Shown here in pieces: positions 46,483-55,969 of a DNA stretch of 64,000 bases. The stretch comes from Candidatus Woesearchaeota archaeon. Its GTDB lineage: Archaea > Nanobdellota > Nanobdellia > Pacearchaeales > GW2011-AR1. The position numbers and the translations under genes are program-made. The first letter of the stretch is position 1. Each line of letters opens with the position of its first letter. The notes below the pieces were generated by a model that saw only the letters and a list, made by a program, of their open reading frames with translations, was not told the DNA's origin and made no database searches. Location: the NCBI GenBank assembly GCA_964530955.1, contig CAZHCL010000001.1, positions 1-64,000 on the forward strand, written 5' to 3'.

Positions 46483-48297
46483 ATGAAAAGTAAAGAAAAA
46501 TTTTACATTACGACTGCAATAGATTATGTAAACTCCAGACCGCATTGTGGGCATGCATTTGAGAAAACCTTAGCTGATACTCTGGCTCGTTATAAAAGGC
46601 TGCATGGATATAAAGTATTCTTCCTTACTGGTGTAGATGAAAACGCTCAAAAGAACGTTCAGGCCGCCGAAAAGGCAGGCGTTCCAGTCAAAGAGTTTAT
46701 TGATAAAAATACCTCTTTTTTCATAGAATTATGCAAGAAGCTCAATTTGAGCCATGATGATTTTGTTAGAACAACTGCTAAAGAGCACGCAGTTGTAGTC
46801 CAAAAGCTGGTAAAAAAGATGATAGATAAAGGAGATATTTACAAGGGAACTTACGAAGGACTTTACTGTGTTGGCTGTGAAGCATATTATACTGAAAAAG
46901 ACCTGATTGACGGCAAATGCCCAGAACATAATACCAAACCAGAACTCAGAAAAGAAGATGCTTACTTCTTCAAATTGAGCAAATATAAATCTAAGCTCTT
47001 AAAACTAATTCCAAAATATGTAGTGCCTAAATCCAAAGCCAACGAAGTTATCGCTAGGATAAAAGAAGAGTTAAGTGACATCTGCGTAAGTAGGAAAGGC
47101 GCAAAATGGGGAATAGATTTCCCTAACGACTCTAATTTTAAAGTTTGGGTCTGGATTGACGCTCTCATAAATTATATTTCGGGTCTTAAAGGGAAGGAGA
47201 AAGAATATTGGCCTGCAGACGTTCATGTAATCGGAAAAGGTATAAATTGGTTTCATTCTGTTATTTGGCCAGCATTGCTAATATCTGCAGAATACGAATT
47301 GCCTAAGACTCTTTTGGTTCATGGCTATCTTACTATAGGAGATAAAAAAATGTCAAAGTCATTAGGAAATATAATAGATCCTTTGGTCTTGCTCGAAAAA
47401 TACTCTGCGGATAGCATGAGATATTCTCTGTTAAAATGCTCTGTTTTTGAAGATTCTGATTATTCTGAAGATATACTTGTCAGAAGGAATAATGATGAGC
47501 TTGCAAATAAATTAGGCAACCTCATAAGCAGAGTTTCGACTTTAGCTGAAAAATATGGTTTGGAAAAGACAAAGCCTCTTGACAGTTCAAAAACGGTCAA
47601 GTCTGTGGAGAAACATATGGATAATTATGAATTTGATAAAGCATTAAACGAAATATTTTCATTTGTTGATAAGAGTAATGAATACGCACAGACAAAAAAG
47701 CCCTGGGAAAATGGAGATAAGAAAGTAATTTACGAGCTGGCAAGTGCAATAAAGGATATTGCAATATTACTCAGCCCATTCATGCCTGAATCTGCTGAGA
47801 AGATAGCTAGAACATTCAAATTTGAAATCTCCCTAGAGGCATTAAAGTCTCCTCTTAAAATAAATAAAATAGTCAAGGCAGATATTTTGTTCAATAAAAT
47901 AGAAGGCAAGGAAAAAGAATCTGAAAATCAAAAAGTTAATAAATCTCCTAAGATTGAGGGAATTATGTCAACAATAGAATTTCCTGATTGGGAGAAAATA
48001 GATCTTAGAGTTGGGAAGATAGAGAAAGCTGAAGATATAGAAGGAGCCGACAAACTCTACAAGCTAACTATTAATCTTGGTTCAGAAAAAAGAACTATCT
48101 GCGCGGGAATAAAGAAATTTTATTCAAAGGATGAGTTGAAAAATAGGAAATGTGTTATTTTTGTTAACCTAGCTCCTAGAAAAATGAAGGGAGTTGAGTC
48201 TCAGGGAATGCTTCTGGCTGCTGTTTCAGATGACCAGTCACAGGTAGTTCTTTTGCAGCCTGAAAAAGAGATAAAAGAAGGCAGTAAAATAAGATAA
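46483..48297 (+). CDS. metG: Methionyl-tRNA synthetase with C-terminal tRNA-binding domain
   Basis: HCGH, GVDENAQK, KMSKS, DLRVGKI. Confidence 0.95.
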   Translation: MKSKEKFYITTAIDYVNSRPHCGHAFEKTLADTLARYKRLHGYKVFFLTGVDENAQKNVQAAEKAGVPVKEFIDKNTSFFIELCKKLNLSHDDFVRTTAKEHAVVVQKLVKKMIDKGDIYKGTYEGLYCVGCEAYYTEKDLIDGKCPEHNTKPELRKEDAYFFKLSKYKSKLLKLIPKYVVPKSKANEVIARIKEELSDICVSRKGAKWGIDFPNDSNFKVWVWIDALINYISGLKGKEKEYWPADVHVIGKGINWFHSVIWPALLISAEYELPKTLLVHGYLTIGDKKMSKSLGNIIDPLVLLEKYSADSMRYSLLKCSVFEDSDYSEDILVRRNNDELANKLGNLISRVSTLAEKYGLEKTKPLDSSKTVKSVEKHMDNYEFDKALNEIFSFVDKSNEYAQTKKPWENGDKKVIYELASAIKDIAILLSPFMPESAEKIARTFKFEISLEALKSPLKINKIVKADILFNKIEGKEKESENQKVNKSPKIEGIMSTIEFPDWEKIDLRVGKIEKAEDIEGADKLYKLTINLGSEKRTICAGIKKFYSKDELKNRKCVIFVNLAPRKMKGVESQGMLLAAVSDDQSQVVLLQPEKEIKEGSKIR

Positions 48298-48321
48298 ATC
48301 TAAAGAATATAAAAGATAAAA

Positions 48322-49077
48322 TTATCTTCCCAGAAGAACATCCATGAAGGTAACTTTTTCCTTGTAGGAGCCATTGCCAATTATTCTAGCGGCTATTTCT
48401 CTATATGCTCTTGAAGCTTTGCTCTTTGGATGAGTATGAATTAATGCATTTTTCATAAGAAGAGCTTTTTGCATGTTTTTATCATCAGGCACAACACCAA
48501 GAATAGGCAGTTCAAGCATATCTCTTATATTTCTTATCGGCATTTCAGTTTTGAGACCGCGGTACTTGTTGACTATCACTCCTTTTACTCTCTTTCCCAT
48601 TTGTTCTATCACTTTGCTTGTTTTCAAAGCATCCGTGACTGCAGGTATCTCTGGGTTTGTTACAATAATAAGTTCGTCAGCAGATTCAATCGCAGCAATT
48701 GCTTCTTCCCCCAGACCTGCAGCAGAGTCGTAAAGAATGTAGTCAGCCATCTTTCTTAACTTTTTACCTACTTCTTTGAGTCGACCATGATTAAGTCTTC
48801 TAAGTTCTCTTACTGATAATGAACTTGGAATTATTTTTGTGCCTGATTCGTGCTCGTAAATTGCATCAGCAATCTTAGCTTTTCCCAAAAGAACATGATT
48901 CAAGCTGACTGGAACAATGGGCGCGCCTAGATGAAGCCCAACGTTAGGAGTTGTCAAATTGGCATCAAGAATAATAACTTCTTTACCGAAAGAATTTAAG
49001 GCTGCTCCTAAATTAATAGTGGTTGTCGTCTTGCCTACTCCCCCTTTTCCCGATGTAATCGTGATTAACTTAGCCAT
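48322..49077 (-). CDS. minD: MinD/ParA family ATPase (archaeal MinD)
   Basis: SGKGGVGKTT, DANLTTPN, DSAAGLG, TNPEIPA. Confidence 0.9.
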   Translation of the reverse strand: MAKLITITSGKGGVGKTTTTINLGAALNSFGKEVIILDANLTTPNVGLHLGAPIVPVSLNHVLLGKAKIADAIYEHESGTKIIPSSLSVRELRRLNHGRLKEVGKKLRKMADYILYDSAAGLGEEAIAAIESADELIIVTNPEIPAVTDALKTSKVIEQMGKRVKGVIVNKYRGLKTEMPIRNIRDMLELPILGVVPDDKNMQKALLMKNALIHTHPKSKASRAYREIAARIIGNGSYKEKVTFMDVLLGR

Positions 49078-49117
49078 ATTTTCCCAGGTGAATAAAATAA
49101 CACCTGAATAAAGAGAA

Positions 49118-49543
49118 CTATTTCAAAGCACTTATAAACCTTTCTAAGATAACTGAATACTCTTTCAACTTATCAAGATTTATATTAATAACCTGAGCCT
49201 TATAATTTACTCTGAGATTTACTCCTTTTCTAAATTCATTCTCTCTTACTTTTTCCAGAGTTTCTATATCTCTGAATAAATCATACAGATTTAAAGTATC
49301 AAGAATATCTTTATTATTTGAATAAATCTGCTTTAGTTGCACAAGTTTTGCTCTTGGAGCGTTTGGAACTGGTTTCCACTTCTTACTCTTCTTCGAGTCT
49401 TCAACTAACTTATCCATTCCCATCTCTATCATTATCTTCCACCTTAGCAAAAGGTTTATGATTACGTCACACGTCTTTGTATACTTCAGGCTGACGTACA
49501 GCAGATGGTCGGCACTGATTTTTTCCTTTATTATCGATTCCAT
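49118..49543 (-). CDS. Conserved-looking helical hypothetical protein
   Basis: 141-aa ORF, ADHLLYVSLKY segment. Confidence 0.6.
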   Translation of the reverse strand: MESIIKEKISADHLLYVSLKYTKTCDVIINLLLRWKIMIEMGMDKLVEDSKKSKKWKPVPNAPRAKLVQLKQIYSNNKDILDTLNLYDLFRDIETLEKVRENEFRKGVNLRVNYKAQVININLDKLKEYSVILERFISALK

Positions 49544-49658
49544 TTAAGACAAATACCTAGCTTGAAAAGTAATAATCTGGAATAATTTCTCCTATTTATA
49601 TCTTTCTGATTAGAAAAATAATATATATTTTACATTAGTATAATAAGTTCGCTTTAAT

Positions 49659-50141
49659 TTAATAATGCTGGGATATTTTATTACGAAAATCAAAAAGCAA
49701 CTTCTTTAATAGAATTATGAACTCATTCATCTGTTCAGTTGTAAGCTCGTTCATTTCTAAATTATCATCTAGGATTATAGCTTTTCTTTTGTGTGAAAAT
49801 TCAAAGCCCGACTGTTTATGTTTTTTTCCAAGAAAAATAATTTTCTTTAAGTTATCCTGCTCAGACTTAGTCAGATTATATATTGCTGCACACTTTTCAA
49901 AAAAGATTTCAAAATTTTTATCTTTTTCTTTAGAAAGTTCTATTCTTTTAGAAATATACTCATACTTCAGTATTGCAGAAATTAAGGAAACTGCCTCTTT
50001 ATGCAATAACTCTAAAACCTTTATTAAAATTCTAGAATCTCCCGTATTAGGAAGTATTGAATTTGTAATATTTTGAGCGTCGCCGAGATTTTTTTCTGCG
50101 CTTATTATTGAATCAGCAAATTTTTTTTCAAATGGAACCAT
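49659..50141 (-). CDS. Helical hypothetical protein
   Basis: 160-aa ORF. Confidence 0.55.
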   Translation of the reverse strand: MVPFEKKFADSIISAEKNLGDAQNITNSILPNTGDSRILIKVLELLHKEAVSLISAILKYEYISKRIELSKEKDKNFEIFFEKCAAIYNLTKSEQDNLKKIIFLGKKHKQSGFEFSHKRKAIILDDNLEMNELTTEQMNEFIILLKKLLFDFRNKISQHY

Positions 50142-50146
50142 TTTTA

Positions 50147-50482
50147 TTAAGACAAACTCACGATAGCTTCAGCGATATCACCATTTGCTTTTTCTAAAGC
50201 AGACTTAGATTCTTCTTCTGATTTGCCTGTTTTTTCCATAACCAGATTAATATCTTCTTGCTTTATTCCTTCTTCTTTTGATTCTTCTCTTATTTCTCCA
50301 GCTATCTGAAAAGTGGTTTGGCCTTGCATAATTATCTTCTGAACGCTTGCAGGCTCTATTACGATATTTTTTTCAGAACCTTCGATTACCACTCTAAGTG
50401 CATCTACTTCCTCATTTTTTATACCCATTTGCTTCATCATAGCCTGCATTTTTTTTGGGTCTAATCCGCCGAACATGTTCAT
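50147..50482 (-). CDS. nac: Nascent polypeptide-associated complex protein
   Basis: MMKQMGI, QTTFQI, UBA-like end DIAEAI. Confidence 0.93.
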   Translation of the reverse strand: MNMFGGLDPKKMQAMMKQMGIKNEEVDALRVVIEGSEKNIVIEPASVQKIIMQGQTTFQIAGEIREESKEEGIKQEDINLVMEKTGKSEEESKSALEKANGDIAEAIVSLS

Positions 50483-50525
50483 TGGAAAAATAAAGACTAT
50501 AAATAGATTTCGAATTTGTCAAAAA

Positions 50526-50690
50526 TTAGCCAGTGATTGGCCAGAATACCTTCAATCCTATTACTAGCAGGATCAAAACAACTATAAAAGCCACTACGTG
50601 AGCTGGCTTAAGCATTACCTTACTATCATACTCTTCATCGTATCTCATCAAGCCGCCAAAACCTGGCAAGCTTATTTTGTCATCAGCCAT
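50526..50690 (-). CDS. secG: Preprotein translocase subunit Sec61-beta/SecG
   Basis: Not in the ORF track. MADDKISLPGFGGLMRYDEEYDSKVMLKPAHVVAFIVVLILL...; GLMRY.EE...P pattern plus one TM. Confidence 0.88.
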   Translation of the reverse strand: MADDKISLPGFGGLMRYDEEYDSKVMLKPAHVVAFIVVLILLVIGLKVFWPITG

Positions 50691-50720
50691 ACTCTAAAAG
50701 AACAAAAATAGTATAAAAAC

Positions 50721-51347
50721 TTATCTCTCATCCAATTTTTCTAAAAACCTTTTCTTTTCTCTTCCAGGAACTTCCTTACCCCAAAGAACAAAAACACGAT
50801 TAATTCTTGACCAATAGTTTTTGGGAGCTATTTTCATCAGTTCAAACTCTGTCTCTGTGGGATTTTTAGTTTTTACAATATTTAATACATTTGAAATTCT
50901 ATGGACATGGGTGTCTACTGTGATGCTGTCTTTATTATGTATTTCGCTTAAGACAAGATTCGCTGTTTTTCTACCTACCCCTGGAATCTGAACAAGAAGT
51001 TCTATCTCATCAGGAACTTTAGAATTAAAATTTTCTACCATAAATTTGGCAGCTTCAATCACATTCTTTGCCTTAGTTCTATTATAGTTAAGACTTTTAA
51101 AAATTAAAAGCACTTCTTCGTATTTTGCCTTTGAAAGAGATTCTAAAGAATGATATTTTCCGAATAGAGATTCGGCAATGGGTATTGTTGTTTCATCCCT
51201 GCTTTGAGCGCTCATTATTGTTGCAATAAGAGTCTGCCAATCCTCTTTCCATCCCTCTCCAGCAAGCCTTTTCGTATCTTTGCTGTATTTTTTCTCAGCT
51301 CTTTTAAATATTTTTAGAAAGAAATCTCTTTTTTCTTGTAGATTCAT
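50721..51347 (-). CDS. nth: Endonuclease III (HhH-GPD), lacking the C-terminal 4Fe-4S motif
   Basis: SAQSRD, IPGVGRKTA, VDTHVHRI; no C-terminal Cys. Confidence 0.9.
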   Translation of the reverse strand: MNLQEKRDFFLKIFKRAEKKYSKDTKRLAGEGWKEDWQTLIATIMSAQSRDETTIPIAESLFGKYHSLESLSKAKYEEVLLIFKSLNYNRTKAKNVIEAAKFMVENFNSKVPDEIELLVQIPGVGRKTANLVLSEIHNKDSITVDTHVHRISNVLNIVKTKNPTETEFELMKIAPKNYWSRINRVFVLWGKEVPGREKKRFLEKLDER

Positions 51348-51406
51348 AAGCATATTAGGTAACAATGTTATAAAAAAGTTTGCTAATTGTTTTTTGGAGA
51401 GTTATA

Positions 51407-51805
51407 CTATGCCTTTTCTGATATAGGTATTTGAGCTAAAGAGTATATATGTGATATCATTTTGTCCAAAGTTTCAGAAGCGGCGACTAAATAAGCAACG
51501 TCTGAAAATTTTTGGGCAGCAGGTTCAGCTACAGACTGACTATCGTAAAATTTCCTAGCACCTCTAAGACAATGAACTAGCTCACCAGCCAATGTTCTTG
51601 ATCTTTCTGGACGATCTTCAACTAAAGAGAATAAAGGCAGAATAGCACTATTAAGTGCGTAATGCGCATCTGCAAGCTGTGCAGGGTTCAATCCAGGAAG
51701 AGAATTGAGATGCCTTACTGATAACTCATAGGCAGGTAAAATTATTTTTCTTAGAGAGGGACGTATTGAGTCCGCTTCATCCTCTGCTGTGAATTGTCTT
51801 GCCAT
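51407..51805 (-). CDS. Hypothetical protein
   Basis: 132-aa ORF with a TATA-like box upstream. Confidence 0.5.
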   Translation of the reverse strand: MARQFTAEDEADSIRPSLRKIILPAYELSVRHLNSLPGLNPAQLADAHYALNSAILPLFSLVEDRPERSRTLAGELVHCLRGARKFYDSQSVAEPAAQKFSDVAYLVAASETLDKMISHIYSLAQIPISEKA

Positions 51806-51936
51806 TTTAATCTTCTATAAAAACAAATAGTGCGTATTTAAACCATTGCCCTATTAAAAATAAAAAAGTTTTAACGAGATATTAGTAGTGAAAAATTAGA
51901 TACAAGATTTAAATAAACATTTAATTTAAATTTCCT

Positions 51937-52323
51937 ATGGAAAACGAATATATCGGAAGGGAGATTCGCATTGCTGGCCCGGATCATAGAGGTTGCACTA
52001 ACCCTCACATAGAGGTCATTGTTGACGGCTCAGCTGATTGTTTGGTGTATTTAAGAACAGATTTTAATCCTGGAAGAGGTCCACCTAAATTTGAAGAATC
52101 ATTAGATAAAAAAGTTAATCTTGAAGCAAGTAGGGAAGACATTAGAGCTTGGAGTGGCAATAATCCTCTCTTTGAAAATATTCCTCGTCAAAGAGCAGAT
52201 AAAGTTGCTCTTGAAGAAGCTAAAAGAAGAAAATTAGTGCTATATAGAACAGTTCATGAACCAAGGTATAGCACCATTGTTGCTTGGTGTCCAGATGATT
52301 GGCAGCCTCATGAGGAGAGATAA
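51937..52323 (+). CDS. Hypothetical protein
   Basis: 128-aa ORF with a TTTAAATA box upstream. Confidence 0.5.
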   Translation: MENEYIGREIRIAGPDHRGCTNPHIEVIVDGSADCLVYLRTDFNPGRGPPKFEESLDKKVNLEASREDIRAWSGNNPLFENIPRQRADKVALEEAKRRKLVLYRTVHEPRYSTIVAWCPDDWQPHEER

Positions 52324-52369
52324 TTCTTCCCACCCTAAAATTTAAAACATCTTCTTTCTTACTGAAAAC

Positions 52370-54745
52370 ATGACTATGCCTAGATTTAAGGATATTAAGA
52401 ATTGGTCCCCTGAAATAGAGAAACAAATAACTTCTGAATGGGTTAAGTCTGATAAATTTAAGTTCAATGAAAAAACGAAAAAAAAGATTTATTCCATAGA
52501 TACTCCTCCGCCTTATGTTAACACTCCAGTACATATCGGTCAGACAGTAACTTACTGCTACATGGATTTTTTTGCCCGCTACAGAAGAATGAAAGGATTT
52601 GAAGTCATTTTCCCTCTTGGACTTGATAGGAATGGTCTTCCGATCGAGATGGCTGCTGAGAAAAAGTTCAATGTTTCGCCATTTTTAATCGGAAGAGATA
52701 AGTTTATTGAATATTGCGAGCAACTTCTTAAACAAACTTCTTCTGAGACAACAAACACGTTTGAGAAGTTGGGAATTTCATTCACCTCTTACAAGCAAGG
52801 CGAACATATTGGAGCAGTTTACTTTACAGATTCTCCAGAATATAGGGCGGTTACCCAGGCAACATTTATTGAACTATATAAAAAAGGATTAGTATATGAG
52901 GATACTAGAATAAATAACTGGGATCCTAGGTTGCAGACTACTATTGCTGATTCTGAAATAGAATATAAAGAAGTACCTTCTAATTTTAATCACGTTAAAT
53001 GGCAAATAAAGGAAACTGGTGAGGAAATAATAATTGCTACAACCCGCCCAGAACTTATATGTACATGCGGAATGATTATATATAATCCAAAAGATGAAAA
53101 ATATGTAAATTTAAAGGGTAAAACGGCTGTTTCCCCCATATTTAACAAAGAAATACCTATCCAACCCCATCCATTGGCACAAATTGATAAAGGTTCAGGT
53201 CTTGTAATGATGTGTTCTGCTGGAGACTTATCCGATATTCAATTTTTTAGAGAGATGAATCTAAAACCAAAAATAGCGATTGAAAAAGATGGCAGAATGA
53301 ATGAATATGCTGGCAAATTTAAAGGATTAAAAGTTAAGGAAGCAAGACAGAAAATTATTGAAGAACTGAAATCAGAAGGATTGCTGATAAAGCAAGAACA
53401 GATAATGCACCGAACTCCAATATCTGAGCGTTCTGGCGCAGAGATAGAGTTCATAGAAATGCCTGAATTTTATCTTACACAGTTAAATATAAAAAATAAG
53501 ATAAAAAAAATTTCCAGGGAAGTTGATTTTTACCCTCCAGAATCAAGAAAGATTCTTGATGATTGGATAGATTCAATCTCGATTGACTGGCCTATTTCAA
53601 GAAGAAGATATTACGCTACCCCGATACCAATCTGGCATAGTAAAGATAGAAAAAAGATAGCATTGCCTTCTGCAGGAAATTACTATATTCCTTGGAAAGA
53701 ATCTCCACCAAAAGATGCAGAAGTATATGAAAAAGGAAAATTAATAGGAAAATTAAAAGATTTTAAGGAAGAATGGTCTGGAGAAGAGAGAGTGTTTGAT
53801 ACATGGATGGACTCTTCAATTTCTGAGCTGGTCATGCTAAAATATAAATCAAATCCTGAATTCTTTAAGAAAGCATATCCTGCATCTCTCCGCCCACAGG
53901 GTAAGGAGATAATTAGAACTTGGCTTTATTATACTCTTCTCAGAGGTTATCTGGAGACTGAAAAAGCATGCTTTAAAGATGTATGGATAAATCAACATAT
54001 TGTTGATGAAAAGGGCAAGAAAATGTCAAAGTCAGTTGGAAATGTGGTTGATCCTCAGGAATTATTGAAAAAATTTGGTGGAGAAGCAATAAGACTCTGG
54101 GCATCTATAGAAGGAAATCTTGCTAAGCAGGACTTAAAATGCTCAGAAGATAAAATAAGAGCTGAAACAAAAACAATTAACAAACTTATAAATCTCACAA
54201 AATTCGTTTTGCAATTTAAAAGACCAAAAAAAGCAGATACTACTGCTCTTGACTCTCTGTTCATTGATTATATTGAAGACTTGACAGATTTTGCAGACAG
54301 ACAATATGAAGAATATAATTTTTACCAGCCGGCGTTAAAGATAAGACAATTCCTTTGGGAAATATTTGCATCTCATTACATTGAGATAGTCAAAAATAGG
54401 GTCTATAATCAGGAAAAAAGATTCACACAACGCGAGCAAGAATCTGCGCAATACACATTGTACTACCTTTTGGAAAGAATGCTCCTACTCCTTCATCCTA
54501 TTGCACCACAAATAACTTCGGTTATTCTGGAAGAGTTGAATGTTGAAATAGAAGATTTTCCAAAGCCTAAAAAAATAAAGAGCGATTTGGGTTTGATTGA
54601 AAAGATAATGCAATTTAACAGCGAAGTATGGAAGACTAAAAAAGATAAGGGCATTTCTTTGCGGGACCCTATATCTAATATGACCATTCCAAATGAAATA
54701 AAAATATTTGAATCAGATCTTAAAGCGTGCCATAACCTAGTTTAG
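52370..54745 (+). CDS. valS: Valyl-tRNA synthetase
   Basis: SIDTPPP, HIGQ (HIGH variant), DWPISRRRYYATPIP, DTWMDSS, KMSKS. Confidence 0.95.
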   Translation: MTMPRFKDIKNWSPEIEKQITSEWVKSDKFKFNEKTKKKIYSIDTPPPYVNTPVHIGQTVTYCYMDFFARYRRMKGFEVIFPLGLDRNGLPIEMAAEKKFNVSPFLIGRDKFIEYCEQLLKQTSSETTNTFEKLGISFTSYKQGEHIGAVYFTDSPEYRAVTQATFIELYKKGLVYEDTRINNWDPRLQTTIADSEIEYKEVPSNFNHVKWQIKETGEEIIIATTRPELICTCGMIIYNPKDEKYVNLKGKTAVSPIFNKEIPIQPHPLAQIDKGSGLVMMCSAGDLSDIQFFREMNLKPKIAIEKDGRMNEYAGKFKGLKVKEARQKIIEELKSEGLLIKQEQIMHRTPISERSGAEIEFIEMPEFYLTQLNIKNKIKKISREVDFYPPESRKILDDWIDSISIDWPISRRRYYATPIPIWHSKDRKKIALPSAGNYYIPWKESPPKDAEVYEKGKLIGKLKDFKEEWSGEERVFDTWMDSSISELVMLKYKSNPEFFKKAYPASLRPQGKEIIRTWLYYTLLRGYLETEKACFKDVWINQHIVDEKGKKMSKSVGNVVDPQELLKKFGGEAIRLWASIEGNLAKQDLKCSEDKIRAETKTINKLINLTKFVLQFKRPKKADTTALDSLFIDYIEDLTDFADRQYEEYNFYQPALKIRQFLWEIFASHYIEIVKNRVYNQEKRFTQREQESAQYTLYYLLERMLLLLHPIAPQITSVILEELNVEIEDFPKPKKIKSDLGLIEKIMQFNSEVWKTKKDKGISLRDPISNMTIPNEIKIFESDLKACHNLV

Positions 54746-54782
54746 CGCATAGCTTTATTAATCATTCTTATATTTTATAATT

Positions 54783-55883
54783 ATGGAAATCGACCAAAAG
54801 AAAAGACAGGAACTTGAAGAACTTGTAAGCTTACTTGGAAGCATCAGAGGAAGTCATACTGAACTCGTAACTGTTCTTATTCCTGCAGGTACTAATATTC
54901 ATCAAGTTTCAAACCAGCTCGCTGCAGAAGCAGGAACTGCTGAAAACATAAAATCCAAGTCAACAAGAACAGCAGTAGTCACTGCTCTTGAAACGATTAT
55001 AAGAAAATTAAAAGACTATAAACAGACTCCTCCTCATGGACTTGCTATTTTCTGCGGAAATATTTCTGAGAAAGAAGGCGTTCAGGATGTGAAAATATGG
55101 TCCTATGAGCCTCCAAGACCCTTGAACGTAAGAATTTATAGATGCGATAAAACATTTGTCGTTGAACCTTTAAAAGAAATGCTTGAAGTTCAGGAGGTTT
55201 ATGGTTTACTTGCAATAGACAGACAGGAAGCGACTATCGGAGTTCTTGAGGGTAAGCAAATTAAGGTCATAAGAAAGCTTAGCTCTGGAGTTCCAGGAAA
55301 AGTTAGGGCGGGAGGGCAGTCATCCCAAAGATTTGCTAGAATAACAGAAGGACTTGCAAAAGAGTTTTTTAGGAGGGTCTCGGATTCTATGAAAGAAATA
55401 TTTTTTGACATGCCAAAGCTAAAGGGAATACTTGTTGGCGGACCAATTCCTACAAAAGAAGAATTTCTTGAGTTAGGAGATTTGGTTACAAAGTTAAAAG
55501 AAAAAGTAATTGCTGTTAAGGATATAGGATACACTGATGAGCATGGTCTAAGATTACTTGTTGAGGCATCTCAGGAAGATTTGTCAGAGCAAGAGTTGAT
55601 GAAGGAGAAAGATATAGTAAATAAATTCCTTGAGACTCTTGGAAAGCACAGAGAAAAGGCATCCTATGGTCTTGAAAAAACATCTTTGGCATTGGAAAGG
55701 GGAGCAGTTGAAAAACTCCTTTTATCGAAAAAACTTGATAAAAGAGAGACTCTGGAATTAGAGAAGAAAGCTGAGAATATTGGTTCTGAAGTTTTTATAA
55801 TTTCTACTGAAACTGAAGAGGGTGAGCAATTTTATAATATAACCAAGGGGATAGGCGCCATTTTAAGATTTCAAATTGAATAA
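54783..55883 (+). CDS. prf1: Peptide chain release factor aRF1
   Basis: NIKS, YRCD, GGQS. Confidence 0.96.
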   Translation: MEIDQKKRQELEELVSLLGSIRGSHTELVTVLIPAGTNIHQVSNQLAAEAGTAENIKSKSTRTAVVTALETIIRKLKDYKQTPPHGLAIFCGNISEKEGVQDVKIWSYEPPRPLNVRIYRCDKTFVVEPLKEMLEVQEVYGLLAIDRQEATIGVLEGKQIKVIRKLSSGVPGKVRAGGQSSQRFARITEGLAKEFFRRVSDSMKEIFFDMPKLKGILVGGPIPTKEEFLELGDLVTKLKEKVIAVKDIGYTDEHGLRLLVEASQEDLSEQELMKEKDIVNKFLETLGKHREKASYGLEKTSLALERGAVEKLLLSKKLDKRETLELEKKAENIGSEVFIISTETEEGEQFYNITKGIGAILRFQIE

Positions 55884-55969
55884 TAGCTGATTAGAATTGA
55901 TTTTGAGTAATATTAAAGATGATATCTAAAAACAACAAACCATTTAAACGTAAATTACAATAGAATCCA

